A DNA stretch of 30,286 bases, from contig CAWHEU010000010.1 of the NCBI GenBank assembly GCA_963828465.1, positions 1 to 30,286 of the forward strand, read 5' to 3'. A program made the translations under genes and the position numbers. This DNA is from an uncultured Acidobacteriota bacterium (GTDB lineage: Bacteria; Actinomycetota; Acidimicrobiia; Spongiisociales; ZC4RG35). The notes under the pieces are model-generated. The model saw only the letters and a program-made list of their open reading frames with translations, searched no databases and was not told where the DNA came from. Below, in pieces: positions 8,529-19,126 of this stretch. How positions within the stretch are numbered: the first letter of the stretch is position 1; each line of letters starts with the position of its first letter.

Positions 8529-9179
8529 TCAGAGGGCCGCCTCGCGGGCCAACTCGACGATTCTGTCTACCACCTCGTCCACCGTCATGTCCGACGTGTC
8601 GATCACCACGGCGCCATCGGGGACGATCAATGGCGAAGCCTGGCGGGTGGAATCCCTCTCGTCCCTTGCTCTCAGCTCATCCAGGACGCCGGCCTGCTCC
8701 TTGCCGGTCTGATCGGCTCGCCGTTGCGCTCTGACCTCGGGGCGGGCATCGAGGTAGACCTTCACGGTTGCCTCGGGGAAAACGACCGATCCGATGTCGC
8801 GGCCCTCCACGACCGCACGGTTGTCGTGCCGCGCCACCCACTCTCTCTGGTACACCACGAGAAGGCCGCGCACCTCTGGGTGGGTGGAGACCCGCGACGA
8901 TGCCTCGGTGGAGGCCGGGCTCCGGATCTCCTGTGAGACGTCCGACCCATCCAGCAGCATCCTCCCCTCGTCCTGATCGAGGCTGATGCCGGCGACCACA
9001 TTCGCCACTGCCTCATGATCGGCGAGGCTGACGCCTGCTCGAATGGCGGCAAGGCCGGCCGCTCTGTAGAACGCCCCTGTGTCGAGACGGGGGACGCCCA
9101 AACGTGACGCCACCTTCCTGCTAACCGTGCTCTTCCCGGTTCCGGCCGGGCCGTCGAGGGTCACGATGAGGTCGGTCAC
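8529..9179 (-). CDS. cmk: Cytidylate kinase
   Basis: DGPAGTGKST, LDTGAFYR, EGRDIGSVVFP, RDERDSTR. Confidence 0.96.
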   Translation of the reverse strand: MTDLIVTLDGPAGTGKSTVSRKVASRLGVPRLDTGAFYRAAGLAAIRAGVSLADHEAVANVVAGISLDQDEGRMLLDGSDVSQEIRSPASTEASSRVSTHPEVRGLLVVYQREWVARHDNRAVVEGRDIGSVVFPEATVKVYLDARPEVRAQRRADQTGKEQAGVLDELRARDERDSTRQASPLIVPDGAVVIDTSDMTVDEVVDRIVELAREAAL

Positions 9180-9200
9180 GGGCGGGGAGCATATCCGGCA

Positions 9201-9287
9201 GGCGGAGAGGGACCCGATCCCCGAGGGTGTCCTTATGGGGGTATTCGGACAATGGGGGCTTGTGGGACCGGGTCGGTCCTCTCCGTC
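9201..9287 (-). ncRNA. Candidate structured sRNA or cmk leader with two CCCCCAU loops
   Basis: Outer helix of about 20 bp with a 3-nt bulge, 5-bp inner stem, and a TAGGTT -10 box (9294-9299) 6 nt before the first stem base. Confidence 0.5.
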
Positions 9288-9328
9288 GGGCGCAACCTAG
9301 CGTGGAGCGCATGCGGCGCGTCGTCTCT

Positions 9329-10604
9329 TCACGCAATCGTTTGGGCGAGGTTTGAGAGCATGTCCCAGAAGGATGGCCAGGTCTTGGCCACGACATCCGG
9401 GTCTGCGATCTCGATCCCGGGGACACAGAGGCCGACCAGGGCGAAGGACATCGCTACCCGATGATCCCCGTAGGACTGCACGCGGGCGGGATGAAGGACA
9501 CCCGGCACGATAACGAGCTCATCGCCCTCGACGTTCGCGTCCGCCCCGAGCCGGGTGATCTCGGCAGCCAGTGCAGCCAGTCTGTCCGATTCCTTGTGGC
9601 GGAGTGATCCAAGGCCTCGGAGCCGGCTGGGGCCGTCGGCGAACAGGGCCGCCACCGCAACTGCCAGTGAGCCGTCAGGGGATCCAGAGAGATCGATATC
9701 GATCGGATGCAGCCCATCGATCGTGGCTGCGACGGTGGTCTCATTGCCGGTCTGACTGAGGACGCATCCCATTTGCTCGAGCACACCGGCGACGGCGAGA
9801 TCGGGTTGGAGGGATTCTGCTCCGAGACCTTCGATGGTCACACGGCCACCGGTTATGGCGGCAGCGACCATCGGGTAGACGGCTGCCGATGCATCGGGCT
9901 CGATGGTGATGTCCGTGCCTGTGTACCCCCCGGGCTCTACCCGGTAGCCCGCCTCGACCTGCTCGACGATGGCACCGAACTCCTCCATCGTCGCGATGGT
10001 GAGCTCGAGATATCTGCGTGAGCCCTCGAGGCCTTCCGGAATGACAACCATCTCCTTTCGGGCGAGGGGAGCGACGAGAAGCAGGGCACTGGCGAACTGG
10101 CTGGTCTGATGCGAGGCCACCGTGACCCGTCCGCCGGGAAGCGCTCCCCCATCGACGGCCACCGGAAGATGCCCGCCGACTGAGGACGTCGCGACGCCGA
10201 GAGCGTTGAGGGCATCGACCAGCCCGCCCATGGGACGCTGCGGCAGCCGATCCCTCCCCACGACAGTGGTCGTGCCGTCAATGAGCGAGGCCAGGGCGAT
10301 CACCGAGCGTGCGGTGAGACCGGATGCGCCGACGTCCACAGGAATGCTTGGCGCTTTGAGAGCGCCGCCGGACCCGATTACCCGCCAGGCGGTCGCCAGG
10401 AGCGGCGATGTCCACCCCAAAGAGCCCCAAGGCGTGACGGGCAGCCCGCGTGTCGTCCGCATCCAGCGGCGCCCGCAAAAGCGAATCGCCCTCGGCCAGC
10501 GCGGATACGACCAAAGCCCTGATCGTGTGGGACTTCGATCCGGGTGGGCGCACGGAAGCGTCGATCGGCCCGGTGGCCGGTTCGACCGTGCGGAACCCGT
10601 TCAC
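9329..10604 (-). CDS. aroA: 3-phosphoshikimate 1-carboxyvinyltransferase (EPSPS), one extra base near 10390 (probable sequencing error)
   Basis: N-part PGSKSHTIRAL...DDT in ORF 10278..10604. The rest (RPM, TSQF, EPDAS, KESDRL, DHRVAM, KTWP) is in ORF 9329..10462. GTG start overlaps the rluB stop. Confidence 0.92.
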
Positions 10605-11332
10605 GGAGCGACCCCGGTGCCCGAGGCGAGGAGGTCGCGTATCTCGCCGGCCGACAGCTGTCGGGATTGCCCTGGTTTGAGAGACCGGTCCGTGATAGGC
10701 CCGATAGCGGTCCTGACCAGAGAGCTCACCTCGAAGCCCAAAGCCTCGAACATGCGGCGTACCTCACGGTTTCGTCCCTCTCCCATCGTCAATTCGACCA
10801 GAGTCGCCTCTCTCTGGCGCCCAACGACCTGCGCCGATAGGGCACGAGCCGGTCCGTCGTCGAGGTCGATGCCTTCCATTAGGCGCCTGATCTCGCCTTT
10901 CCCCGGGTTCCCCTTGACCAGGGCCACATACTTCTTGACGATCCCGTATCTGGGATGGGTCACCCGATTGGCGAGATCGCCGTCGTTGGTGAGGAGGATC
11001 AGGCCCTCCGACTCGTAATCGAGACGGCCGACCGGGTACAACCGGAGACCGGGCGGCACCAGATCGATCACCGTCCGACGTCCCTGCGGGTCAGATGCCG
11101 ACGAGATGACCCCGGCGGGTTTGTAGAGTAGGTAGGTCTCCAGATCGGGGTTCACCGGGATCGGGACGCCATCGAGGGTGACCTGCTGCGTGGTCACATC
11201 CACCCGATCACCCAGAACTGCCTCGACTCCATCAACGGCAACCCTCCCCTGGCGGATCGTCTCCTCGGCGGCGCGACGCGACATGAGCCCGGCTCCGGAG
11301 ATTGCCTTCTGGACGCGGATCAGGTCCGCCAT
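10601..11332 (-). CDS. rluB: rRNA pseudouridine synthase (RluB/RsuA family, S4 domain)
   Basis: S4 motif SRRAAE, catalytic VGRLD, EGRNREVRRM. Located directly after scpB. Confidence 0.9.
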   Translation of the reverse strand: MADLIRVQKAISGAGLMSRRAAEETIRQGRVAVDGVEAVLGDRVDVTTQQVTLDGVPIPVNPDLETYLLYKPAGVISSASDPQGRRTVIDLVPPGLRLYPVGRLDYESEGLILLTNDGDLANRVTHPRYGIVKKYVALVKGNPGKGEIRRLMEGIDLDDGPARALSAQVVGRQREATLVELTMGEGRNREVRRMFEALGFEVSSLVRTAIGPITDRSLKPGQSRQLSAGEIRDLLASGTGVAP

Positions 11333-11335
11333 CGC

Positions 11336-11905
11336 TCACGTCGTCCCGGGGCGAAGAGTCTCCTCTAAGGATTCGACGGTGTCGGCCGGCGGAATGTGAT
11401 CCGCAAGAGGCGGCAACCCGGCCAGCGACTCGAGACCCATCTTCTCCAGGAAGAGATCGGTGGTGACATAGACCGCCGGGTTGCCCGGGATGTTGAGACG
11501 CTCTCTTTCCTCGACGAGGCCGAGTCGCTCCAGCGTCCTCACCGCAGAATCGGAGTCGACCCCCCGGATTTCGTTGATCTGGCTTCGGGCGACGGGTTGC
11601 CGATAGGCGACCACGGACAGGGTCTCGAGGGCTGCCGGCGACAGCTTGCGAGCGGTGGCCGACGTCGAGAAGCGCTCCAGGAAGGGATAGGCGTCCGGGT
11701 GGGTATAGAGCCGCCAGCCCCCGGCCACCTGGCGCAGTATCAGGCCGCTCTCCCGGTCCTCCAAGTCCCGGGTCAACTCGTCGAGCAGCTCTTCGACTCT
11801 CGTCTTGGGCAGTTCCAGGACCTCGGCCAATTCGCCGATCGGCACCGGCGCCTCGGTGACGAAGAGAACGGCTTCGACTGCAGCGACCTCCCTCACGACG
11901 CCCAC
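11336..11905 (-). CDS. scpB: SMC-Scp complex subunit ScpB
   Basis: EAVLF, VAGGWRL, LSPAALETL, YRQP, IRGV, YVTTDLFL. An alternative GTG start at 11896 overlaps the scpA stop. Confidence 0.95.
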   Translation of the reverse strand: MGVVREVAAVEAVLFVTEAPVPIGELAEVLELPKTRVEELLDELTRDLEDRESGLILRQVAGGWRLYTHPDAYPFLERFSTSATARKLSPAALETLSVVAYRQPVARSQINEIRGVDSDSAVRTLERLGLVEERERLNIPGNPAVYVTTDLFLEKMGLESLAGLPPLADHIPPADTVESLEETLRPGTT

Positions 11906-12654
11906 TCTGAATTGAGATCCACCGCTCCCTGGCCCCGGTCACGGACGACGATCTCGGACAACCAATCATCCTGGGAGACCTCGATGAGGCCCCAGCGAGC
12001 CAACTCCAGCAGGGCCAGGAAATACGCAGCCACTTCGACGGTCCGGGTGCATTCAGCGGTCAGCTCCTCGAAAGTGGACATCGTCTCATCGGTCACCCGC
12101 GCCCTGATCTCCTCGATCGCCGCCTCCACCGAGGGGAGGTCGAGGTCCAGATGGTCGAGATCGGGCTCGGCTCCTTCCCTGGAGAAGATACGAATCGCGA
12201 GAACTGCCAGACCGTCCACATCGATCGGCACTACCAGGTCCGCGGGTCGGGATGCGATGGGTTGGTCGACTCCACTCGTCCGGGGGACGAACCGGTTGGC
12301 CTCCTGGAGCCGCCGTTGCAGCACAGCGGCCACATCCTTGAACGTCACGCACACCAGGAGACGAGAGAGGAGCCGATCACGCTCCTCGATGAGGGCGAGC
12401 TCCTCGTCCAGATCGAAGGCGCCCCTGGTCGGGAGGAGCGACTGGGCCTTGAGCTGGATGAGGGTGGCTGCGATCAGCAGGAACTCCGAAGTGACATCCA
12501 GATCGAGGCCTTTCATCTCGTCGATGAAGGCCACGTACTCCCCCACCACCTCGGTGAGTCCCACCGCGGTCACCTCGACCTGATGTTTCGTGATCAATTG
12601 GAGCAGGAGATCCAGTGGTCCCTCGAAAACCGTGGTCTTGACATGAAAGGTCAT
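11893..12654 (-). CDS. scpA: Segregation/condensation protein ScpA (kleisin)
   Basis: FEGPLDLLLQLI, SEFLLIAATLIQLK, FLALLEL. Start ATG 12654. Confidence 0.95.
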   Translation of the reverse strand: MTFHVKTTVFEGPLDLLLQLITKHQVEVTAVGLTEVVGEYVAFIDEMKGLDLDVTSEFLLIAATLIQLKAQSLLPTRGAFDLDEELALIEERDRLLSRLLVCVTFKDVAAVLQRRLQEANRFVPRTSGVDQPIASRPADLVVPIDVDGLAVLAIRIFSREGAEPDLDHLDLDLPSVEAAIEEIRARVTDETMSTFEELTAECTRTVEVAAYFLALLELARWGLIEVSQDDWLSEIVVRDRGQGAVDLNSEWAS

Positions 12655-12667
12655 CAGCCGCCTCAGG

Positions 12668-13174
12668 TTATTCGGGCCTGGGTGCGGCGCCGGTCTTTGG
12701 CGGCTGGTCCGCCAATTGCAGCAAGTCCCACGTGCTGGACGAGATTCCAGGTGGCCGTTCGCCGTGATGGTGGCGAGCGAAGTCGACGAGGAGGTCCTCA
12801 CAGCCCAAGCTGGCCAGTTCTCGAGCGGCGGTCTCGCCGTGGTCCCGGTAGAGCTGCCAGCGTCCCGTCAAAGGAAGGCCGAGCCGCATAGCCAGCGAGG
12901 CAAAGGTTCTGCCGAGGACACCGAGGCGCGCGTGTCTCTTGCCGACGTCGTGGAGAAGGGCGGCTCGAATGACGTCGAGCTCACCACCCCCGGCGATGGC
13001 AACGAGAGCGGCATGAAACCCGTGTCGCTGGTCTGGGTCCGGCTGTGAGAAGAAAACCCAGGCTTGTCCCCGGTCCAGCCAGCCTTCCACGGCCGTCCGC
13101 TCGGCCGCATCCAGTGGGGTGGAAAACAGGACATCGAAGAACCGACGGGTCAGATGGCCCAGGGAGCCCGGCAC
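12668..13174 (-). CDS. HD-domain metal-dependent phosphohydrolase-like protein
   Basis: DQRH...AALLHDVGK...H...HHH...LAD spacing typical of the HD fold. Confidence 0.72.
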   Translation of the reverse strand: MPGSLGHLTRRFFDVLFSTPLDAAERTAVEGWLDRGQAWVFFSQPDPDQRHGFHAALVAIAGGGELDVIRAALLHDVGKRHARLGVLGRTFASLAMRLGLPLTGRWQLYRDHGETAARELASLGCEDLLVDFARHHHGERPPGISSSTWDLLQLADQPPKTGAAPRPE

Positions 13175-13179
13175 GCTTC

Positions 13180-13345
13180 TAGTGCTCTGGCCACTGACGT
13201 TGGCGATGTTCAGGGCGAGGCAGGGGCGTTGCCTGGCAAGGACGCAGGACGAAGGCGCACCTGGCCGTTCGTCGAGGACGAGGACGCAGCCAGCGACGCC
13301 ATCTGGCCGTCCTGAACGCGGCGAACGTTAGTGGTCGGGGCACTA
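13180..13345. repeat. 166-bp palindromic element (MITE/REP-like or structured RNA) with TAGTGC...GCACTA ends
   Basis: 35-nt terminal inverted repeats matching at 27/35 positions, plus two nested inner stems. Confidence 0.75.
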
Positions 13346-13699
13346 ATGACCGGCCGCCTTGGCCTTGCATTCGACGCAACGCACCGACTCGGGTCGCGCC
13401 TCAAGGCGTGCCGCGGGTATCGCCTTGCCGCAGTCCTCGCAGATCCCGTACGTGCCGGCTTCGATCTTGCCCAGAGCCTGGTCGACATTGGCCAGTTGGG
13501 CCTTGAGCGAATCGACCACACCTAGAACCTCGGTGCGCTCGGCAGTCACGGCCGCGGCATCGGCGAAGCTCCCACCGAAGTCGAGATCGGCGCGAAGGTC
13601 GCCTGTCTCGGCGGCGCCGAGCTCGTCCAACTGATGGACGAGATGAGCTCGTTCTATGCGCAGGGCCTTCTCGGCACCGGCGATGTCCAACGTGGTCAT
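13343..13699 (-). CDS. TraR/DksA C4-type zinc finger protein
   Basis: Coiled-coil region followed by GTYGICEDCGKAIPAARLEARPESVRCVEC. ATG 13699 overlaps the xerD stop. Confidence 0.9.
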   Translation of the reverse strand: MTTLDIAGAEKALRIERAHLVHQLDELGAAETGDLRADLDFGGSFADAAAVTAERTEVLGVVDSLKAQLANVDQALGKIEAGTYGICEDCGKAIPAARLEARPESVRCVECKAKAAGH

Positions 13700-14593
13700 T
13701 TGCTCCTCGGGTGGGCCTGGACGTAGATCTCCACGAGATGAGCAGGGCTTACCTTCGTGTAGATCTGGGTTGTGGAAATCGTAGCGTGACCCAGGATCTC
13801 TTGTACGGTCCGAAGGTCCGCTCCCGCCTCCACCATGTGTGTCGCTGCCGAATGCCTGAGCACGTGAGGTGAGACTTTCTCCTCCTGGATGCCCGCCTTT
13901 CGAGCGTTGGCACGAACCACGTCGAAGATGCCCTGGCGGCTGAGTCGCCGGCCTCTCAGATTCAGGAACAGCGGGTCCCCCCGTTGTGAGCTCCTGACCA
14001 GATTCATTCGGTCCGGAAGCCATCGAGATACCGCGACCACTGCTTTGCCGCCGATCGGCACCAACCTCTGCTTGGCCCCCTTGCCTGTGACGATGACCAC
14101 CTTGTCCTCGAGGTCGATATGGCCGAGGTCCACCCCCACCGCCTCCGAGACACGTGCCCCGGTGGCGTAGAGGAACTCGAGCAAGGCGGAGTCACGTCGC
14201 CCCTTGATCGTGGTGATGTCAGGCGCCTCGACCAGATGGATGGCCTCGTCGATCGTGAGGGCCTTGGGGAAAGGCTCAGGACGCCGTGGGGACTCGAGAA
14301 GAAGGGTGGGATCGGTCTGCCGCAGGCCTTCGATCACGAGAAATCGATGCAAGCCCCGTATCGCGGCGAGCTTCCGACCGACAGTGGATGAGGCAAGATC
14401 TTCGCCCCGCAGATGGGTCACATATCGCCTCGACTGAGGCCTGGTCAGGCTCGGCGCCGTCGAGGAATGCGAGATACTGGGCGAGGTCCCGTCTGTAGGC
14501 CTCGATGGTGTTGGACGAGAGGCCACGCTCCACGTCGAGGGCGAGGAGGTATTCCTCCACGCCTTCCGACAGTGTCAGCGCGCCCGAGCTCAA
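13696..14593 (-). CDS. xerD: Tyrosine recombinase XerD, one extra base near 14427 (probable sequencing error)
   Basis: N-terminus EEYLLALDVERGLSSNTIEAYRRDL in one frame. LYATGARVSE, GKGAKQR, SPHVLRHSAATH and LGHATISTTQIY in the next frame. Likely TTG start at 14593 overlapping the ald stop. Conserved position between pyrG and scpA. Confidence 0.88.
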
Positions 14594-15711
14594 ACCGAGG
14601 CGAGCGCCTCTTGTGGCGGCACATGTGCAACCCCCAGGCTCTCCGCCACCGCCGGGTGACACACCGACTTCCCGACGACGTTGATCCCTCCGGTCAACTC
14701 GGGGTGGCGTTCGACGGCGCCGGACACGCCGTAGTTGGCCAGGCTGACCGCGTATCGCAGCGTGGCATTGGTGAGGGCATAGGTCGAGGTGTGAGGAACC
14801 GCCCCGGGGATGTTGCCCACTGCGTAATGCAGCACGTCGTGAACGAGGTACACCGGATCGGTGTGGGTGGTCTCTCGAGAGGTAGCGAAACATCCACCCT
14901 GATCGATGGCGACGTCGACGAGCACCGAACCCCTTTTCATCGCCCGAACCATGTCTTCGGTGACCAGCTTCGGAGCCGACGCCCCGGGAACCAGGACAGT
15001 TCCTATCACCAGATCGGCGTCGAGAACCTCCTGCTCGAGCGTCAGCCGGTTCGAATGCAAGGTCCTGACCCGGCCCAGATAGAGCGAGTCGAGGGTGCGC
15101 AGCTTGCCGATATCGGTGTCGAGCACGACCACGTCGGCTTGCATCCCCACCGCGATAACGGCGGCGTTGGAGCCAGCGATCCCTCCGCCAATCACCACAA
15201 CCTTGCCTGACCTCACTCCGGTGACGCCGCCCAGGAGCACCCCCCTCCCGCCTTCTGTCTTCCCCAGGAAGTAGGCGCCCGCCTGGGTGGCCATCCGGCC
15301 TGCGATCTCGGACATAGGAGCGAGGAGGGGCAGGGAGCGGTCGGGAAGCTGCACCGTCTCGTACGCGATCGCGATGACGTCCCTTTCCAACAGACCGGCC
15401 GCCATCCGCGGGTAGGCAGCCAGATGCAGGTAGGTGAACAGGATCTGGCCTGGACGAAACATCTCAATCTCGGAGTCCTGAGGCTCCTTGACCTTGAGGA
15501 TCATCTCGGCACCATCGAAGACCTCGCCGGCATTGGGCACGATGGTTGCCCCCTGGGCCTCGAACTCCTCGTCGACGATGGAAGATCCCTCCCCGGCGCC
15601 CTTTTCGATGAGGACGGTGTGGCCGCGCTCGGTCAGCTCGCGGGTCCCGACCGGAGTGATCGCAACACGGTGCTCTTCGGTCTTGATTTCTTTGGGCACG
15701 CCGACGATCAA
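14590..15711 (-). CDS. ald: Alanine dehydrogenase
   Basis: GVPKEIK..E.RVA, KVKEP, FTYLHLA, PMSEIAGR, GGGIAG, DVAIDQGG, NIPGAVP. RBS GGAGG before the TTG start. Confidence 0.96.
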   Translation of the reverse strand: MIVGVPKEIKTEEHRVAITPVGTRELTERGHTVLIEKGAGEGSSIVDEEFEAQGATIVPNAGEVFDGAEMILKVKEPQDSEIEMFRPGQILFTYLHLAAYPRMAAGLLERDVIAIAYETVQLPDRSLPLLAPMSEIAGRMATQAGAYFLGKTEGGRGVLLGGVTGVRSGKVVVIGGGIAGSNAAVIAVGMQADVVVLDTDIGKLRTLDSLYLGRVRTLHSNRLTLEQEVLDADLVIGTVLVPGASAPKLVTEDMVRAMKRGSVLVDVAIDQGGCFATSRETTHTDPVYLVHDVLHYAVGNIPGAVPHTSTYALTNATLRYAVSLANYGVSGAVERHPELTGGINVVGKSVCHPAVAESLGVAHVPPQEALASV

Positions 15712-15775
15712 GACACGTCCTCCCTGACGCTTGGCACCATATTCGGCAGGCTATCGGCCCAGACCAGGCCGTGCC

Positions 15776-17530
<1,755 letters not shown>

Positions 17531-19126
17531 TCATCGAGAGCGGGCACCCTCGAGGAGCTCGGCAGCGGCCTCGCGGCCGTGATCACTCTCGGGAAGTCCG
17601 GCCAGCATCCGGGATAACTCGGTGAGCCGATCTTCCCCATCGACCTTTCGCACGGATGCCTTGGGCCCTTCACGCTCGATCACGAAGTGATCCTCGGCGT
17701 GGGCTGCTACCTGTGGGAGATGGGTGACGCAGAGCACCTGGCAGGTCCGGGCAAGGTCGGCGAGCTTCCGACCGAGGGCCAAGGCGGTGGCTCCACCGAC
17801 ACCGGCGTCGATCTCATCGAACACCATGGTGCCGGCGCCCCCGGCACGGGTGGCAAGTCGAAGGGCGAGCATCAATCGCGACAACTCGCCTCCGGAAGCG
17901 ACCTCCTGGATGCGCCCTGAGGCCAGGCGGTCGTCCGAGGCGAACAAAATCTCGACCTTGTCGATGCCGGTGGGACCCGGCTCGACGGACTCGGTCGCGA
18001 TGGTGACGGAGGCCGCCGGGAGTCCGAGGGCGGCCAGGTGAGTGCGAGCTTCCTCCTCGATCTCGGCGGCCACGTGAATCCGGGCCATGCTCAACTCGGC
18101 TCCGATCCCGGCCAGCTCGGCCCGCGATCGTTGCAGCAGGTCGTCGATCGTCGATGCCTTTTGGATCAGCTGCTCTAGCTCCGATGCCCGGCGGGAGGCA
18201 CCGGCGCCGAATTCGAGGACATCGTCCAAAGTCCGGCCGTATTTTCGTTTCAGCTCGCCCAGAGTGGTGAGCCGCTGCTCGACGGTCTCCAGGGCCGCCG
18301 GATCTTCGAATGCACTGTCGGCCACGGCACGCAGGTCGCGGAGCAGATCATGGGCGACTGCGTCCAGGCCTTCTGCCGCACTCATCGGATCTGCCATCTC
18401 CGGGTCGAAGACCGCCAGCTTTCTAAGTCGGGACACGATCTCACCGGAGCTCTCGGCCAACCGCTCCAGTTCGTCGGTCGCAGCAGTCAGGTTCTCCCGC
18501 ACCGCTTCGGCGTTCTTGAGCCTCGCCGCCATCGACTCGAAACGGAGATCGTCACCGCTCTCGAGCCCGGCGCCGGCGATCTCGTTTGCCTGATAGCGGA
18601 GCAGATCGAGCTCGCGTTCCAGGGCTGTCTGGTCACCTCCAAGACGACGCTGGTCCTCGACCGCGGATCGATACCTTGTCCAAGCATCGACATACCGGTC
18701 CCTCGTCTTCAACCCTGCACCGCCCAACATGGCGTCAACGAGGGCGAGGACGGTCTGGCTCCGCTGCAGAAGGAGTCGGTCGTGTTGGCCGACGATCTCC
18801 ACCAAACCGCCGATTCTCTCCTCGAGAACGGCCGAGGCTGCGAGGGCCCCATTCAGATATGCGCGGCTTCTGGCGTCCCGGGGCACCACGCGGGTGACAC
18901 CGATTTCCGTGTCGTGGCCGCCGAAAAGGCCTTCGGCAACGGCCTCGTCATCGAAGGGCCCAACCGCACTCGTCTTCGCCTTTTCCCCGGTCAGGAGGCG
19001 TAGCGCGCCGAGGAGCATGGTCTTCCCTGCCCCCGTCTCACCTGTGATCACGGTGAAGCCTGGCCCGGGGTCGATGGATGCGTCCTCGAGCACTCCGAGG
19101 TTTGCCACCCGCAGGTGGTGGATCAT
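17531..19126 (-). CDS. recN: DNA repair protein RecN
   Basis: GETGAGKT, GQH, ASGGELSR, VFDEIDAGVGG, VTHLPQVAA, with a central coiled coil. Confidence 0.95.
   Translation of the reverse strand: MIHHLRVANLGVLEDASIDPGPGFTVITGETGAGKTMLLGALRLLTGEKAKTSAVGPFDDEAVAEGLFGGHDTEIGVTRVVPRDARSRAYLNGALAASAVLEERIGGLVEIVGQHDRLLLQRSQTVLALVDAMLGGAGLKTRDRYVDAWTRYRSAVEDQRRLGGDQTALERELDLLRYQANEIAGAGLESGDDLRFESMAARLKNAEAVRENLTAATDELERLAESSGEIVSRLRKLAVFDPEMADPMSAAEGLDAVAHDLLRDLRAVADSAFEDPAALETVEQRLTTLGELKRKYGRTLDDVLEFGAGASRRASELEQLIQKASTIDDLLQRSRAELAGIGAELSMARIHVAAEIEEEARTHLAALGLPAASVTIATESVEPGPTGIDKVEILFASDDRLASGRIQEVASGGELSRLMLALRLATRAGGAGTMVFDEIDAGVGGATALALGRKLADLARTCQVLCVTHLPQVAAHAEDHFVIEREGPKASVRKVDGEDRLTELSRMLAGLPESDHGREAAAELLEGARSR

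Noticed and set aside
13180-13345. CRISPR array, or a protein-coding ORF (13179..13379), in the palindromic element
   Set aside because: There is no repeat-spacer periodicity and no cas gene. The ORF translations are Arg/Pro-rich and explained by the palindrome.
13696-14593. Tyrosine recombinase as a phage or island integrase
   Set aside because: Size, motifs and position between pyrG/ald and scpAB fit housekeeping XerD. No att site, tRNA or cargo genes are nearby.
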